Shown here piece after piece: positions 1 to 24,254 of a stretch of 64,000 nucleotides of DNA. Under the pieces are notes generated by a model, which worked only from the letters and a program-made list of their open reading frames with translations, did no database searches and had not been told where the DNA came from. The position numbers were made by a program, and so were the translations under genes. Source of the DNA: Tubiluchus corallicola (taxonomy: Eukaryota; Animalia; Priapulida); the NCBI GenBank assembly GCA_030141605.1, contig JAQGDQ010000179.1, positions 374,589-438,588 of the forward strand. Direction: 5' to 3'. Each line of letters opens with the position of its first letter. Within the stretch, counting starts at the first letter, position 1.

Positions 1-675
1 CATTGTGATGGTATCATCACTCTCATCCTCATCATTGTAATCATTCGCGAATATTTCATCAAACCCAATTTTATTTGTAACTAAATTTAGATGTCTAACT
101 AAATTTAACTAAATTTAAACAGTGTTTCGAGCGACGCGAATAATTAAACAACTCATTTAGTGCGCGACGTGCGCTATGAAGTTACACAGTAACCAGCTTA
201 GCTAACAAATGGATATGTCATCGACAGTAGTGAACATTTTTGATGAAATGATAATAATAGCCGTTTATTTATTTATATTTATTTATCATACTGTTTTCTG
301 TTTATTTTTCTCTTTGAAAGTGGCTGTACGTGGCTGAATGTCAATTCGAGTGTGAATAGGATGGTAATTATTTCAAATTGAACTAGACTGCGGTCCCGCT
401 ACCACTATTCAACAGTAGTAGTTGTTGAATGTTGCATGCTGATCTGCGGTGTACAGAACTGTATATGTAAAAAACAAAACCTTTGATAATTTGTTGTAAT
501 TAAGTGAATGAACAAAAGATCAACACAGCAACCTTGTGTAAATACGGACAGCGATTTCCCGTCTACTCGATTTTGTAATGCAATATTAATGTAAGATCAT
601 TTTAAAATCTTTATAAGCGCCGAAAACTAAATGTACAGCACAGCTGCCAATGCATGAGTTTCACATTTTCCGAAG

Positions 676-824
676 AAGTTTACAATTCCTCACATAATTT
701 AAATATCCTAGCCCTAACTCTAAACCTAACCCAAACTTTAGCCTCACGCAAACCCACCCCTAACTCAACCCTAACCCGAATCCGCATACGAACTAATTTC
801 TTGTGTGTGGGGAATTGTAAACTT
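676..824. mobile_element. Small inverted-repeat element enclosing degenerate (CCCTAA)n repeats
   Basis: aagtttacaattcctcaca (676-694) and tgtggggaattgtaaactt (806-824) are 18/19 reverse complements. The interior has degenerate ccctaa/cctaac hexamers. Confidence 0.45.
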
Positions 825-2416
825 TAGCCATATTTTAGCTTTCGTCGCTTTCGCCTTCTTCTGCAGGTTAAATATTTCGACTTGCTTGCTGACGCTAATA
901 TGTTTGCGCTTGCCATTTTGAGTGCGGCTAGGTGCTATTAATATTGACAGGCGTTATTGATCAAAGCACATTATGAAATTAGGACTATTGTATTTGTGGT
1001 TGCTGTGCCCATTTTACCTGGATGGTCTGCTATGCATCGGTGCATTACAAAAGGAATGATTATTTTGTCCATACAGGTGTATAAAATTTCGCTTTTACCT
1101 TGCATACCTGTTAAGTTTTCCGCACTGTGCATCTGCTGTATTTCCGCAATTCCTTCTCACAAAGGGCTTGAGGAAACTTGACTTAGGGAGGTTTTGGTCT
1201 TGCCGCAACCATTAGACAGGCCCGGACGGAAAGGCCTCAGAGGAAAAAGTCTAAAATTCGTAGGCCTAATATGTTACTGTATAAGCGTAAGCTTTTTCTG
1301 AGCAGTTTTCTTGTGTTCTGATGATCCCATTCAAGAATATTAAGGGTGGCCTTTGACACCCTTCATCGTTTTGAAATATTGGACTAAAATGTTACATTGA
1401 AAGTAGCGGGTGGTGTGACACCCTAAAACTATTATGATAACGCAAATAAAACTGCCCCTCATATAGAATTAACATTAATACCCAGACTCTGACGCGGAGA
1501 ATTCTAAAATTGGGCTACAGCACACCAGCATAAAACATTCACTGCGTACGATAATTGTTAGTTTTGCGATAATATAATTATATTTTACTGTATTAAGTTG
1601 AAGCGTGCCACTTCATAAAGTTATAGCTGACTGAACGCTCAGAATTTATCCCGAAAATGCAAAGTTCACCCCCCACCGGCTGCTAGACTAAGGTGAGTGA
1701 TAGACATTCTTTTCGAACAAATGTTTATACAGCAAATTGTTCCACTTAATAACTCAAAAACTATAAGAAATCTGAAAACAAATTTGTGCATCACATAGTA
1801 ATGAACATAATAATAATAAAAAATATATATAATAATAATAATAATAGTAGTAGTAGTTATTTATTTATTGGCTTCAGAAGAATGATTTTAACGCAGTTAA
1901 TAGTGACTTTGAGCTTGGTTCTTGGTCTAGTTATTTAAAAAAAACATGGAAGATTAATTTATTAATCTATCCCTTCTCAAAGTTTAGGCAACGGACTACT
2001 GAAGAGGAAACCCATGTTGCACTGCGTACAGAGATTTCTATTGCATTAATTATCGCCAATGTATATGTTTGTCATTATTTCATTTATTAATGCTTTTTTA
2101 AAATTTCTGCGTACAGTTTGGCGTGTCAAGCTGTGTTTTTAGGTTCAAACTGTATGCATCAAAATTATTGTGTATACGCTACCTACTAAAGACTCTTTAC
2201 CTATATTATCTGGACTACATTATATTTGTATTAGTATTTCCTTTACTGGATTATTATCTGTATTTAGTGATATTATTGTAAGATGCAGTCAGGAAATGAA
2301 TAAAATTCTTGAACACAGATATCCATTGTTTTCGCTGTTTTAAATAACCAATAAATACAGCGACCAGTAAATTGTTAATAGAAATAAATAAAAAAAAAAT
2401 AAAAACGTTTTCTTAC

Positions 2417-2486
2417 CGACCGCACGAAAAAAGGCTTCAATATTCTCGCTACTCACAGACTCCCACTTTCCGGAAAAATCTGCCAT
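2417..2486 (-). CDS. Fatty-acid-binding protein (FABP/iLBP family), coding exon 1 only; remainder apparently left of the window
   Basis: Translates MADFSGKWESVSSENIEAFFRAV(G), with the family F-x-G-x-W motif and S-E-N. The 70-nt exon ends in phase 1 at G|GTAAGA, the conserved FABP intron-1 position. No FABP-like exon 2 was found in 1-2400. Confidence 0.8.
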
Positions 2487-2553
2487 AACGGTAGCTGTGA
2501 GATACCTCCTATACTCCCACCTGACTGTGTGTTTAGTGGGTTGTGCAGGCACA

Positions 2554-2561
2554 CTATATAT
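2554..2561 (-). promoter_or_regulatory. TATA-like box of the FABP gene
   Basis: TATATAG on the minus strand about 70 nt upstream of the FABP ATG. Confidence 0.5.
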
Positions 2562-2902
2562 GCGCATTTATAGGTCTGCATGCATGCATGGAGATGTGAA
2601 TAGAGGTTTGATGATGTGGTTGTTATAGCAATAATTGAAATCGATTATTAGTGTTTATACAAGTCACAGTTTAGCAACTCATTTAAAAACTGTTATTAGC
2701 CGGGCCGGTATTTCAGAGTGAATTAAACCACAGACGTAGGATGATGCAGGGTCACTCAGCTGGATGAAATACTTGGTCCCTCAGCTTAATGACATCAATG
2801 TGTTGATCCTCCTGTAACAATCAGGCCGACGAAAGAGGGGGCAGGAGGGCAGTGCCCCGGGTGTCTAGGGGGCCCGAGAAGATAAGGGCATAATAAGGGT
2901 TT

Positions 2903-2904
<2 letters not shown>

Positions 2905-2987
<83 letters not shown>
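2905..2987. repeat. (TA)n microsatellite at the 3' tail of the LINE
   Basis: Directly visible TA run abutting a minus-strand AATAAA. Confidence 0.95.
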
Positions 2988-2990
<3 letters not shown>

Positions 2991-4975
2991 ATCTTTATTT
3001 GCCATTAAAAACATTGATAATCACTGATAAAAACTTTACAGAGATAATCAATCAGTGTTAGTTAATAAAAACTTACACTGCTGAAGGCAAATGCGTCAGT
3101 GCAATCTAAACTACTGTGCAGTAATGACGAATAAAATCAAACATATTTACAACCATATACAAAAAAAAGTGATTTAATTAATATGGCCGTGGGTATATGA
3201 ATTCTGAATTAGTGTGTATGTTGTCGTACTGGTGTGATGGCATTTCATATCTGGTTAATATTAGTGATTTTAATTTTGTTTTAAATGCTGATAGGGACTT
3301 GATTTGTTTAACCTGTAATGGTAGAGAATTCCAAAGTAAAATTGCTTGTTTGATTACAGAGTTCGTTCCATACTGGGTATTTGTCCTAATTTGTTTTAGA
3401 TTGCTTGTTCTGGAATTAACGATAGGATTTGGAAAAAGGTAAATCTGTTATTCTGGAATGGTTTGCTGATGTTGTTAATGTATTTAAATATAAAAAGCAG
3501 AGTAAAATATTCTTTGTGTGCTTCAATGATTGGGAATTTTAAAGTTTTTCTCAGGTTAGTTGTTGAAGCTTTGAATTTTTGTCTACCTGCCTTATGTTTG
3601 TATGAGTACCCAGCTATCAATCTCAACGCATAGTTTTGAAGGAGATTTAATTTTAAGTAATTTTCTCTTTTGGTTTTTTGAAGTAGCGTACATCCATATA
3701 AGAAGTGTGGTAGAACTAAAGTTTTATATATTAGTGTTTTAGTTTCCTTTGTTAGTTGCCCTTTAACTTGTCGGAGATATGATGTGCTAGATGCCATTTT
3801 TGTGTATATGTTATTAAAGTGTTCATCCCATGAAAGATTATTGTCTACCTGTATGCCCAGGAATTTAACATTGTTAGTTTGTTTGATTACAGCATTATCT
3901 ATTGTCAAAGTGGTTGATGATGCATCATTAGTATTTAATGAGGGTGACATTATCATGAATTCTGTTTTGTCATTATTCATTTTTAGCTTGTAATGACTAA
4001 ATGCCATATTTATATTTTTTATATCTTCTTCTAAATAATTTTTTGCAGTTTGGACATTTTCATGGGCTATGTAGATTGTAGTGTCATCAGCGTATTGCGT
4101 TATTTGTGAGTGTTTTAATACACTGGATATGTTGTTTATATATAGGCAAAATAATAACGGACCTAGTAGTGTTCCTTGCGGTATACCTCTGTTTAACGTG
4201 GCCCAGTCAGAAAAGTTGGTTGTATCTAACTTTACTCGTTGTTGTCTGTCTTTGAGATAATTTTGTATCAGTTTTAACGATGTCGAATCTAATCCGATTT
4301 GTTTTAATTATCGTAAAGTAGTTCGTGATTAATGCTATCGAAAGCTTTACTTAAATCTAAAAATGCTGCTAAAATGTATTGCTTGTTGTCGAAACTATGT
4401 CTCCAATTTTCTGTTGTGTGTATTAGGGCGTCAATGGTTGAATGGTGTTTACGGAAGCCAAACTGATGTTTTGATAAAAGTCCATGTTTATTTACATATG
4501 AATTTATCTGATCATAAATTACCCTTTCCCAAACTTTGCCGAAACAATGGATTACGGAAATTGGGCGATAATTCATGGGATCACATTTTGAATCTTTTTT
4601 ATGGATTGGAGTCACGTTTGCTATTTTACTTACCGTTGGAAATTCGCCTCTCATAATTATCTGATTAGTAATGTAAGTCATATGCGGGGCTATTACAGAT
4701 GCACTATCTTTTTGAATTTTTTGAAGGAATATCTGATGGTCCACTCCCTTTGTTGGAACTTAGGTTATTTAATATGTCGTTAATTTCTCCTACTGTGACG
4801 CTTTTGAATGAGAATACTGTGTTAGACGATTTGTTTTTTAATTTGTTAATTATATTATTGCTAATATGAGAAGCCATTCCCTTAAAATTTCCAAGATTCA
4901 GGAATATTGCATTTAGCGCGTTGGCAATATCTTTGGGTTTTGTAATAACAGTGTTGTTGATCTTAATTTCGAGCT
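2988..4975 (-). mobile_element. 5'-truncated, frameshifted non-LTR retrotransposon (CR1/L2/Crack-type) reverse transcriptase region
   Basis: RT motifs NYRPISV, QFGFRKHHST, LDLSKAFD, GIPQGTLLGPLL (~4150-4190), QYADDT (~4081-4097), KFLGIQVD and LYKTLVLPHFLYG, split over ORFs 4304-4744 and 3396-4007. Confidence 0.9.
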
Positions 4976-7900
4976 GCTAAAGTTTCTTCCTTCATAAAGT
5001 TGCCTACGTGGATTAGCCATTTCTTCTTGTCTTTCCTCTATGTTTTCCCTCATTAGTAGTGGGTACCTTTTTTGGCAGTACAGCTCCGTTGCACAGAAGT
5101 TTAGTTAATTAAAAAATATATGCATATTCTGGTTTTTGCTTAGCTTATAGTGTAGTCATCACAGCATCAATATCTTAGATTCTTACAGTATGTCATTATT
5201 TCATTTCTGTGTTTAGTTCAGCTTTATGTAATATTTTTTGCCACTTAAAGTGGGGGCCCTTAATGCTTGCTGCTCCGGGGCCCACAATGGCTCTCGACGG
5301 CACTGGCAACAATCGCTTAAACATGCGTTTATTTTTTCTAAATTTTAAGACAACCCTAATTTTAATGTACATAAAAACATCTCAAAACACTAACTAATTA
5401 TTATAACACCAGTTTATTTAGACTAACATCAGCCTATAGGTAGGAGACGTGTTTTGGGAAAGGTGGATGACACATTTAACAACGCATTATAAGAACACAT
5501 CGTTTACATAAGACGTGTATACTCAACTCACTCAACAATAAACCGCACACTGTTTATCTGTCAACGTTCTAGACGTCATAATTGCCTCTTATAACAAAAT
5601 TTACGAACCCGACAAGGCAATTCTTACATTTTGACATGCACCACTTAAAGTTTGCACATGCGTATATGAAACTCCAACTATCAGAACGTTTCATAGTGGA
5701 GGCGAGGTAAAGTGTTATCTCTACAGCTGCACAACATACAACAATTTACAAAATTAAAATGTCTCTACTGTTTCATACAATCTAACAAGCTAAACAGACG
5801 CCAGAAGCTTCCAGTCTTTTACTGATGACCAGTGGTCAGCGATTAGCATTGCCCAATACTTTTATAATACAATTCCACTTAGAACAATGCATTCAATTTG
5901 AAGGACATTTAAATAAGGAAAACTGTTACAGTGTCACTGAAGTAGGCGAAATAATACTAAGTAGTCGTATAAAATATGTATTCATTTCGATTCAACTGTG
6001 TTTTCAATAAAATTAAACAACGGAACATTAGCATGCATTAAATTAGAACTGGATTTGAATATAATACTTTTATAGCTAAAAAAGTTAACAATCCCTTTTT
6101 CAAATTTGCTGTAATTCGAACTAGCCAAATAGGAATGTAACTAATGGAATTCCAATACAAGCAACCTTTGGCTAAAATTTATGCATTTGTTCTTACAGCT
6201 TAAAACAAAGCAAAATGCTGTATCGTTAAGAATGATTCTTCTACGGGGTGAAAGTTCCTGTCTTCCATACTGAAAAAGTTTTGACAGTTTTTTTTCAAAT
6301 AGTAATTATAGTTAACTTTTCCAAATAAAATTCTTATACAAACTGCAATCTCTCGCAAACGAAAACAATTAGACGTAACATATTTTGCACCCACCGCATA
6401 TGTACAGTACAACATTTTAAGTAACAATTGCTCACACAATAATTAATTTGCACTGATATGTACAAAACACAGAGAGTTATGTGATACAACATTATCTACA
6501 AATTGTCATCATTATGCATTGTACTGTACTTCATGAACGACATCAATAAACTTTGCTATAATGTTATTATTACTTGTACTAGAATCTTGTTGGGCTTTGC
6601 TAAGTTTATTTACTGTATGTAAAGACCTGGAGCTCTTGCAAGTTTTGTGTTACCTAGGAGCTATAATTTGTCACCCTGCATGGACAGTTCAAATTTAATC
6701 AGCTCTCACAAATGATAACCATGAAGAAATTAACCCGAGATACCATCATGACTTAAAAAATACCAAGATATGTGTTGAGGGAGTGAGATGTGAAGAAGAA
6801 ATAAGCTTCAAGAGCTCTCATGAAACTATTATCAAGCAACCAACTTGTGAGTGCTTTAAGAGGTTTTCTTAAGACATTTTTGTATTCCCCCATTCAAAGT
6901 CTTCACAGGGTAATTAAACCAATGTTCCATTCAAAGTCTTTACAGGGTAAATAAATCAAAGTTCCATTAAAAAAACAGCAATAATCTATACGTGACAGAC
7001 AAACAAAATCACCAATGTAATTCACTGGGTAATGAAATGACTAAACCATAGCTGTAATGCTGGCAAACCAAAGTCAGCATCACAAAGCTGCATAAACTGT
7101 CTCACATACAATAATACAACAAAATACACAAACAGTGAAAAATGATGATCACATGCACTATACACTTTTAGGAATTCCATACAAATAACACGAATGCTGG
7201 AGCTCCACACACGTTTAAAAGCTGTCACAGTGACTTTTAAAATACCTATGTACAAAGATCTGAGTAAGGAAAAGAGCTCCATGATTAGAATACTGAAATA
7301 CCTCAACTGACATCACAATTTATTATGTACAGGAAAGTACAGAAAATAATTTCAGATTCATCAGCTCATACTACATTCAAAGGGCAACATGAATTTTTTC
7401 TTACATTTAAACTGGAAACACAAAGTTGATGAAATGACTGGAACGACGAGTGTGCTTACGTAAATTCACTGAAAGTCCAAATGGTACGCGAGCAAACTGA
7501 TGTGTAACTCTTCACCATTGATATGAACATACATGCACAGTAAATACACATATTTACAACATGCTTCAGCATGGCTACAAAATAAATGCACTTATTATTG
7601 TGTTCTGCTACCTCACAAATAGCCACTTTCTCTAAAAATAATTTTTCCTTTACTAAGACAAAAATATGTCCCTGATCAACGGGGGAAGGGGAATAAAATA
7701 TAGGGGCACACACCGACGAGCTCTGAAACTACTACTTATTGCACGGCAGCAAGCCAGGTTAAGCCAAACGCGACATAACCTGCACCTATCAGGCAGTTCA
7801 TTTTTTTTACATATGAATTATTGAAACCAGTAAGCGGGTCTAATTTCAAACATTTTTTCTGCTAACATGGAAATTTAATTTTGGAGTAAAAATAACACTC

Positions 7901-9067
7901 ATATCAATTGCAAATTTGAATTTGAAAGATGAACAACAAAACTATGAGATAAATAATTGCAAAAATGATACAAGACGTTTGGTAACTAAGCACAACAGGC
8001 CATAGAACGAGTACAAGTTGCTTTAAAGCCTTACTGGTGACGTTTCAACCTTGACGTCACCAGTGAACAAGTAAAACCAGTTATCCCAAAACAGCAAAAA
8101 TGATATTTGAGGGATTCAAAGTCAAAGACGAATAACAACTATAAACTGTTGTAAGGATGCCAAAAATCTATAAGGTCAATTGCCACATTTTAGTTATTGT
8201 AAAGGTCTGCTAAAGTATTTTCACAATTCTAAATGCAATAATGATAAGATAAATTTTTGTCATGGTCACACATCAACCTTTTGGCCACACCAAGTACTGA
8301 TGTTCAAAAAGGGAAATCAATGTTGAAATTTCAATGTAGATGGCACCACTGTATAGTTCATTAATTGTACGAAACTAGTGGTTCAAATAAAACTGTAACA
8401 TAATGAATTACGAAAGAATGACAGCGAATCCATGCTCAAATGAAAAAAGTAAGATGCAGTTAACTCTCTCAAATTCAACAATGGTAATGTACCAGATTAG
8501 GTTATTAACAATGACTAATTATTGTCAAACTATCACAGTCTAGCGGAAACATACAACATTGTCAACTGATCACAAGGAAGCAAATTGTTTAGCATTTAAC
8601 AACGGCACAAGGCAGCAGCAAGCTGCTTACTTTTAGTTCTTCACGGATTTTCAAATTTTAGCTCTTAGAAGGTACAAAAGTACAATCAAAACAAAACAGT
8701 TCATTATCCATACGATTGAGTAAAATCTTTGATAAATGATGTGCTAACCAAATTCTTTTCATAACCTAAACATGTTAATAGTTTGGTGGCAACGTATTGT
8801 CATGCTAGTAGCCAAAATCAGTTTTATTTTGGTGCTTTCATATAGTTAACTTTACAGATTTCTGTAGCGAATAGTAAAGCGCATGCAAATTTTGTCAACT
8901 GAAGTGAAACGTGGCAAGTAGCTCCACTTATAATCTGTCAAACAGAGCCCAGATCTGTAATGTTAACCACAGTTATACTGGTACTAATAAGAAAACACAA
9001 AATTAATACAATATACATTTATACACATATCTGTACATTAAATATTCCTGTTATAAGAGACCTGTCA

Positions 9068-19526
<10,459 letters not shown>

Positions 19527-22500
19527 TGTCATTGTGTCCTCTTGGCACTTGACACCAACGAACCCAGAAGTGAAAGTGCACCACCGTTTTCACTCGCGAG
19601 GTAAGCGAGCTGACGAATCACACCGAAAAAACTGTGCTCAGTGCACACCAACTTGCACACAAATATGGAATGTACCTACAGTTTTCCACTAATTAAGCTC
19701 TAGAAGAACTACCAGCCCATTATAAAAGGCCAGGATTTATTAAATAAGTAACACACTGTATCAGCTACATTTAAGCATGTTGCAGTTAAGATCACCCCAC
19801 AACTCGTCTATGGTTTTGACTCATGTTCAAGTAATATTTAACCTGCAAAATTAATAATCAAATATCACAACATTAAGTCGTTAAGTAACTAAGTATCAAT
19901 TTTTACCAATTGTGCATTAGCCATTGTTACAGTAAAAACTCTAACAGCATCTAACCTAAACAATTACAGGGAGACCAATATCAAATACTAAACACCCCAA
20001 GCTGTCTCTTGAAATTTTTTAAAGATATATATCTTTGTAATGTAAGTACTTATAAGTTAGAGGCAATGTGTAAAATTTAAGACATTTTATTAAATTTCTA
20101 GTTATTTCATATAACACCTAGATGCATTTTGGGAAAAGTGTGAAACAAATGTTTTCGCTTTGCCACTTTCACACTTTACCTAAGCATTTTGTATAACAGG
20201 AAGGATCTATACAGAATGCATAAAATGACTTTAGCAAAGTGCAAGATGAACATAATTTGTGTTTAATCTTAACTTTTCCTAAACATTTTGCACATTACCC
20301 AGGCATTGCATAGAACTGTAGCAGGACAGTTCAAAAAAGAACTTGGTCGATGTATTAAATTAATCAAGTGTTCACGTAAGTCACCGAGTAAGTATTTGTT
20401 TTATTGACAATGCACGTAACATCACCATCTCGGACAAGTTACTTGACTAGATTGATCAAGTTGGCGAAGTATGTCCTTCAACAAAGATACTTCGAACAGA
20501 TCGTATGGTCCTTGACAAACTTACAAAAAACAAGTCTTTAACGGTAAAGGTCTAAACCCCAAAAAAACTCGTGGTGTATAAAACCGACGTTGTCTTGACC
20601 TTTTACTGCTACAAAACTTGGACTCTCACATCAGCGCTATCTCCAAAAGAGCAAACAGCTAGAGCATCGAATATACTATAATATAACACAATGAAGACAG
20701 TCACTGACTGGACAGAGGGCTGGGAGATCAGGTTACTCATCAAATTTTAACTCATCGAAAACATAACTTAACTAGCAAAAGACCACGAGGATGCTCTCTT
20801 CTTTGTTAAAAAGACCAAATGAAATACAATCTGAAACAAGCAGAAATCAAATTCAAAACATACAAAAACCAAGCCCAATTCCAACAGGTACCAGTTCATC
20901 CACAACAGAACCCAGCATTTCGAAACAGGCCATCAACATCGCTACCACAGAAGAGAAATGATATGTACACAGACATTTCGACACAGACATTTGGGCACAT
21001 GATGGTTCACTACAAAACATTTGAACAAAGGTAGTCTTGGCCCATATAGGCAACTTGGACACTAACTGTTATGGACCTACATTATTCTAGGTTAGTATCT
21101 TCCTATAACACAGGACTGAGACACAAGAAAAGGCCAACATATGCATGAAAGTGTTTACCATACAAATTGCCAAGTAAGTTGAAACATGACTTATTTCACA
21201 CAATCCCTTTAATAGTAAAATTTATAAATAATCCCTAGGAAATTTACATGAAAACAAATGATCATTTATTTCATTTTTACGTTAACGAAAATTTATTCAA
21301 CATTCCATAAAATGCCTAGAAAAACTATATTCAAAATCTAAGATTTACATACTTTGCCAAAGCAAACTTTTGCATTATACACATAATTCCTAGGAAAAGT
21401 GTAAAAGAAATTATTTTAGAAATGTTACCTGGTTTGTTTTGCACTTTATAAAATGCCTAGGCATTCTACAGAGTGCCCGGTTTCACACAGTGCCTGTATT
21501 TCAATACATAATATAGTTCTTAAAGACACAAGCAACATATTTTAAGCGGCTTTCCTAATTTAACAATAAATTTGAAACAAAAATTTTGTCTCACAAAACT
21601 TTCAATTTGGTACCAGGTTTAAAATAACAGTCAGACTTGTTAACTTATATATTACTGAGGCTGCCACAAAAAATTGTTTCTTTTGACCTCATGAGCTCAT
21701 ACGCTTTTTGTGAATGTTTAAAACTGAATCGTGAAATATTTAAAATCAGTTGAAATCAAAGTTTGTTTATTCCCCACTGGTTAGCAGTAAAGTTTTAATT
21801 TTTTCAATGCACAATCTTTCACGTGTTGTTTTTTGTTTTACATTACAAAATTATCGTATGCGTATATAAAAAACACCTTTTTATATAACTGCGTCAGGTA
21901 AGTATATGAATGCACAAAAACAAATTATAAAATTCCTGGCCGGGTGTATGATGAACTAAAACCTGGGCGATTAGACGGAAACAGAAGTATTTTTACTGTC
22001 GGCCTGGTACATTGGTTAATCTTTAGTTTGATCGATTTGTACAGATTAATATCCAGTATCAAAGTGTGCATTATTTTTAGGTTAGATTTTGGTCTCAGCA
22101 ACAGTAGAACGCATTCAAAAGACTGCAAGTATTGAGTCAATATGTACCAGTAAGATATAAAAAAAGCAAGAGTACTGCAATCTCTGCATAAATTCAACAC
22201 TACTCACTAAAATTCAACTCGAGTATCGATTTTGATTTATATTTTATGCAAAACATGCTAGGAGGACTCGAAAGCTCAATGCTCCTTCTCCCTCCTCACA
22301 GTAACTCGCATAGTTTATTTTTTTTTTCAATACAATATCAATTTGTATGTATGTTTGAGTTGCTGTGGAATAAATTCATAATTCATAAAACACCATACCT
22401 AACTAGCACCACTTTGGCCACGTTACATCTCCTCTCACTAGTTACAGAACACTTCTTATAGTTATAGGTAAGAAATTAAACAAAAATTAAATCAATTCTA

Positions 22501-22900
22501 AATTAGTTTTACCTTAGTCCAGTGACATAACACATAGCGTACCAAAGTACGGACCGCACTATAGCTTATTCATTAAAATCAATAGCGTTGAGCAACGGAC
22601 TAATATTTATTCGTGAGTCAAGCTCAACTTCAACTTGAACGTCGTCGTTTCCAAGCAGAACATAACTATGAAGCACACATTGCCCTAGTGAGAGCATCTC
22701 ACGTCAAATTAGTTAAAGAGCATAATCCTAGAGTATTTCTTCCTAAGCATTAGTGCAATTAATCAAAAATGTGACATGGCTAGGGAAATGAGGCACTGCA
22801 AGAAACTTCGCGCTCTGTTCGAGTCAATAAACTTCATCTTATTGTACTAAAATGAAACTCCTGATGACAAGCGACACAAAATCATGGCGTCTTTCTTGAA
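19527..22900 (-). other. Putative spliced 5' UTR of PTEN (acceptor at 19842, upstream exon donor at 22513)
   Basis: TTTTGCAG|G acceptor at 19843/19842 and AAG|GTAAAA donor at 22513/22512. CpG density rises around 22540-23340. The transcription start is not defined. Confidence 0.45.
20380..21100 (+). mobile_element. Highly degenerate non-LTR retrotransposon 3' fragment (RTE-like)
   Basis: Remnant motifs VYK..V...L.Y..KTWT (~20572-20625) and FGHM (~20990) in broken frames. Confidence 0.35.
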
Positions 22901-24228
22901 GAGCCGAAGAACATCCAGGATTTTATTTTATTGTAAATGTTCGCTAAATATTAAAATAAAGTTGTTATAAAACTAATTTCACTTACACTGGAATCAGAGA
23001 TTCTAGATATAACATCAACAGCAGAATTTTAACCAACTTCTATTCTAAATACAATAAAAACTGTCTTTTTCTATTTTATTGTAGTTCAAGTACGGAACTG
23101 CGGCTTGATACACGAGACCTTCTACTCATGCGCGAAGCTCACGAGCAATCCAATTAGAACTTTCGAAGGTAAAGTCAGAAATGTACCGCTTTTTCTGGTT
23201 CGGTGTGTAATTATAACGAGAATAGTCAAAATACTCGAAACAAATTAATCTATTTCGGTTTCACAGAAAGGTTTTTTTGCCGTGGGTCCAGAAATCTGGG
23301 CATTGGACAAGCTCAGTACTAATTCAAAGGCACGACGTTATGTAATAAACAAAATATTGTACATCTTCAATGTGACACAAACATTATTTTACATTACAGT
23401 GACACACTTGATCATGTTATCAGTTACATTCAATGGCCTGTAAGACTTGTACTACAGCTCCTAACCACCAAGATCCATGGTTCTAATCTCTGAGATTGGT
23501 TGTCATTTTTATATTTAACCACTTAAATCATAACAGCTAGCTATCATGTGCTGTGTTAAAGCAAAAAATATCATGTAAACTGTTACACTCAAACTAGAAC
23601 TGCTTTTTTCACACAGACATTTATACATGTACATTAAATTTTTCATTTTATGGTTTTACAAAGCAATTAACAAGCAATAAGAATTACAGAATATTTTCCA
23701 TGTCATTATAATTAATTATATTTTCTATCTATCTTAAGCTGATTTTTTCTTAGCCTGTAAAATTTATTACAGGTTTATGTATGTATAATCATAATTAAAA
23801 ACATCTCATAATTATTATAGTTTAATGTACTCAGAATTAACAACTTCATTTTCATTTCGGTAAAATAATATTAATTAGTTTTAATTATTGCTAATAAAAT
23901 ACCATCAATGTCTTATAGCCACTTAATTTTTAAGTGTCTAGAATTATAACTGTAAGAAAACAAAATTAATTTACATTGATCTTGTTTCTTATTGTAATAG
24001 TTCTTGGCATCAATTAATGCTGTTTCATGCTTTGAGTTTTTTACCATACCAAATAATTATAAGACATGTCGGCATTTATTACAATTATCATTAAATTTGC
24101 AGAAAACAGTATACATAAAATACAGAATGTTTTCTGTGAGGTATATAACAGTGTGGTACGAATAATTATGTGGCATTACCTGGGCAAGCAGAATTAATTG
24201 CTCATTTGTTTTAGTTAATTTGAAGGGG

Positions 24229-24254
24229 TCGTGTGTGTGTGTGTGTGTGTGTGT
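24229..24254. repeat. (GT)n microsatellite
   Basis: Directly visible. Confidence 0.9.

Larger units (their letters stand above)
2822..5305. mobile_element. hAT-like non-autonomous element split by a LINE insertion
   Basis: Imperfect TIRs (CAGGCCGACGAAAG versus rc CAGTGCCGTCGAGAG), GGGGCCC subterminal motifs at both ends, and 8-bp flanks gtaacaat (2814-2821) / gcaacaat (5306-5313). Confidence 0.6.

Noticed and set aside
19533-19592. PTEN-Long type N-terminal extension
   Set aside because: An in-frame TGA at 19592-19590 leaves only 19 open codons upstream of the first ATG.
22885-23400. Divergent plus-strand gene at the PTEN promoter (ATGGCG, donor-like AAG|GTAAAG near 23168)
   Set aside because: The ORF is only ~28 codons with no homology or supported downstream exon.
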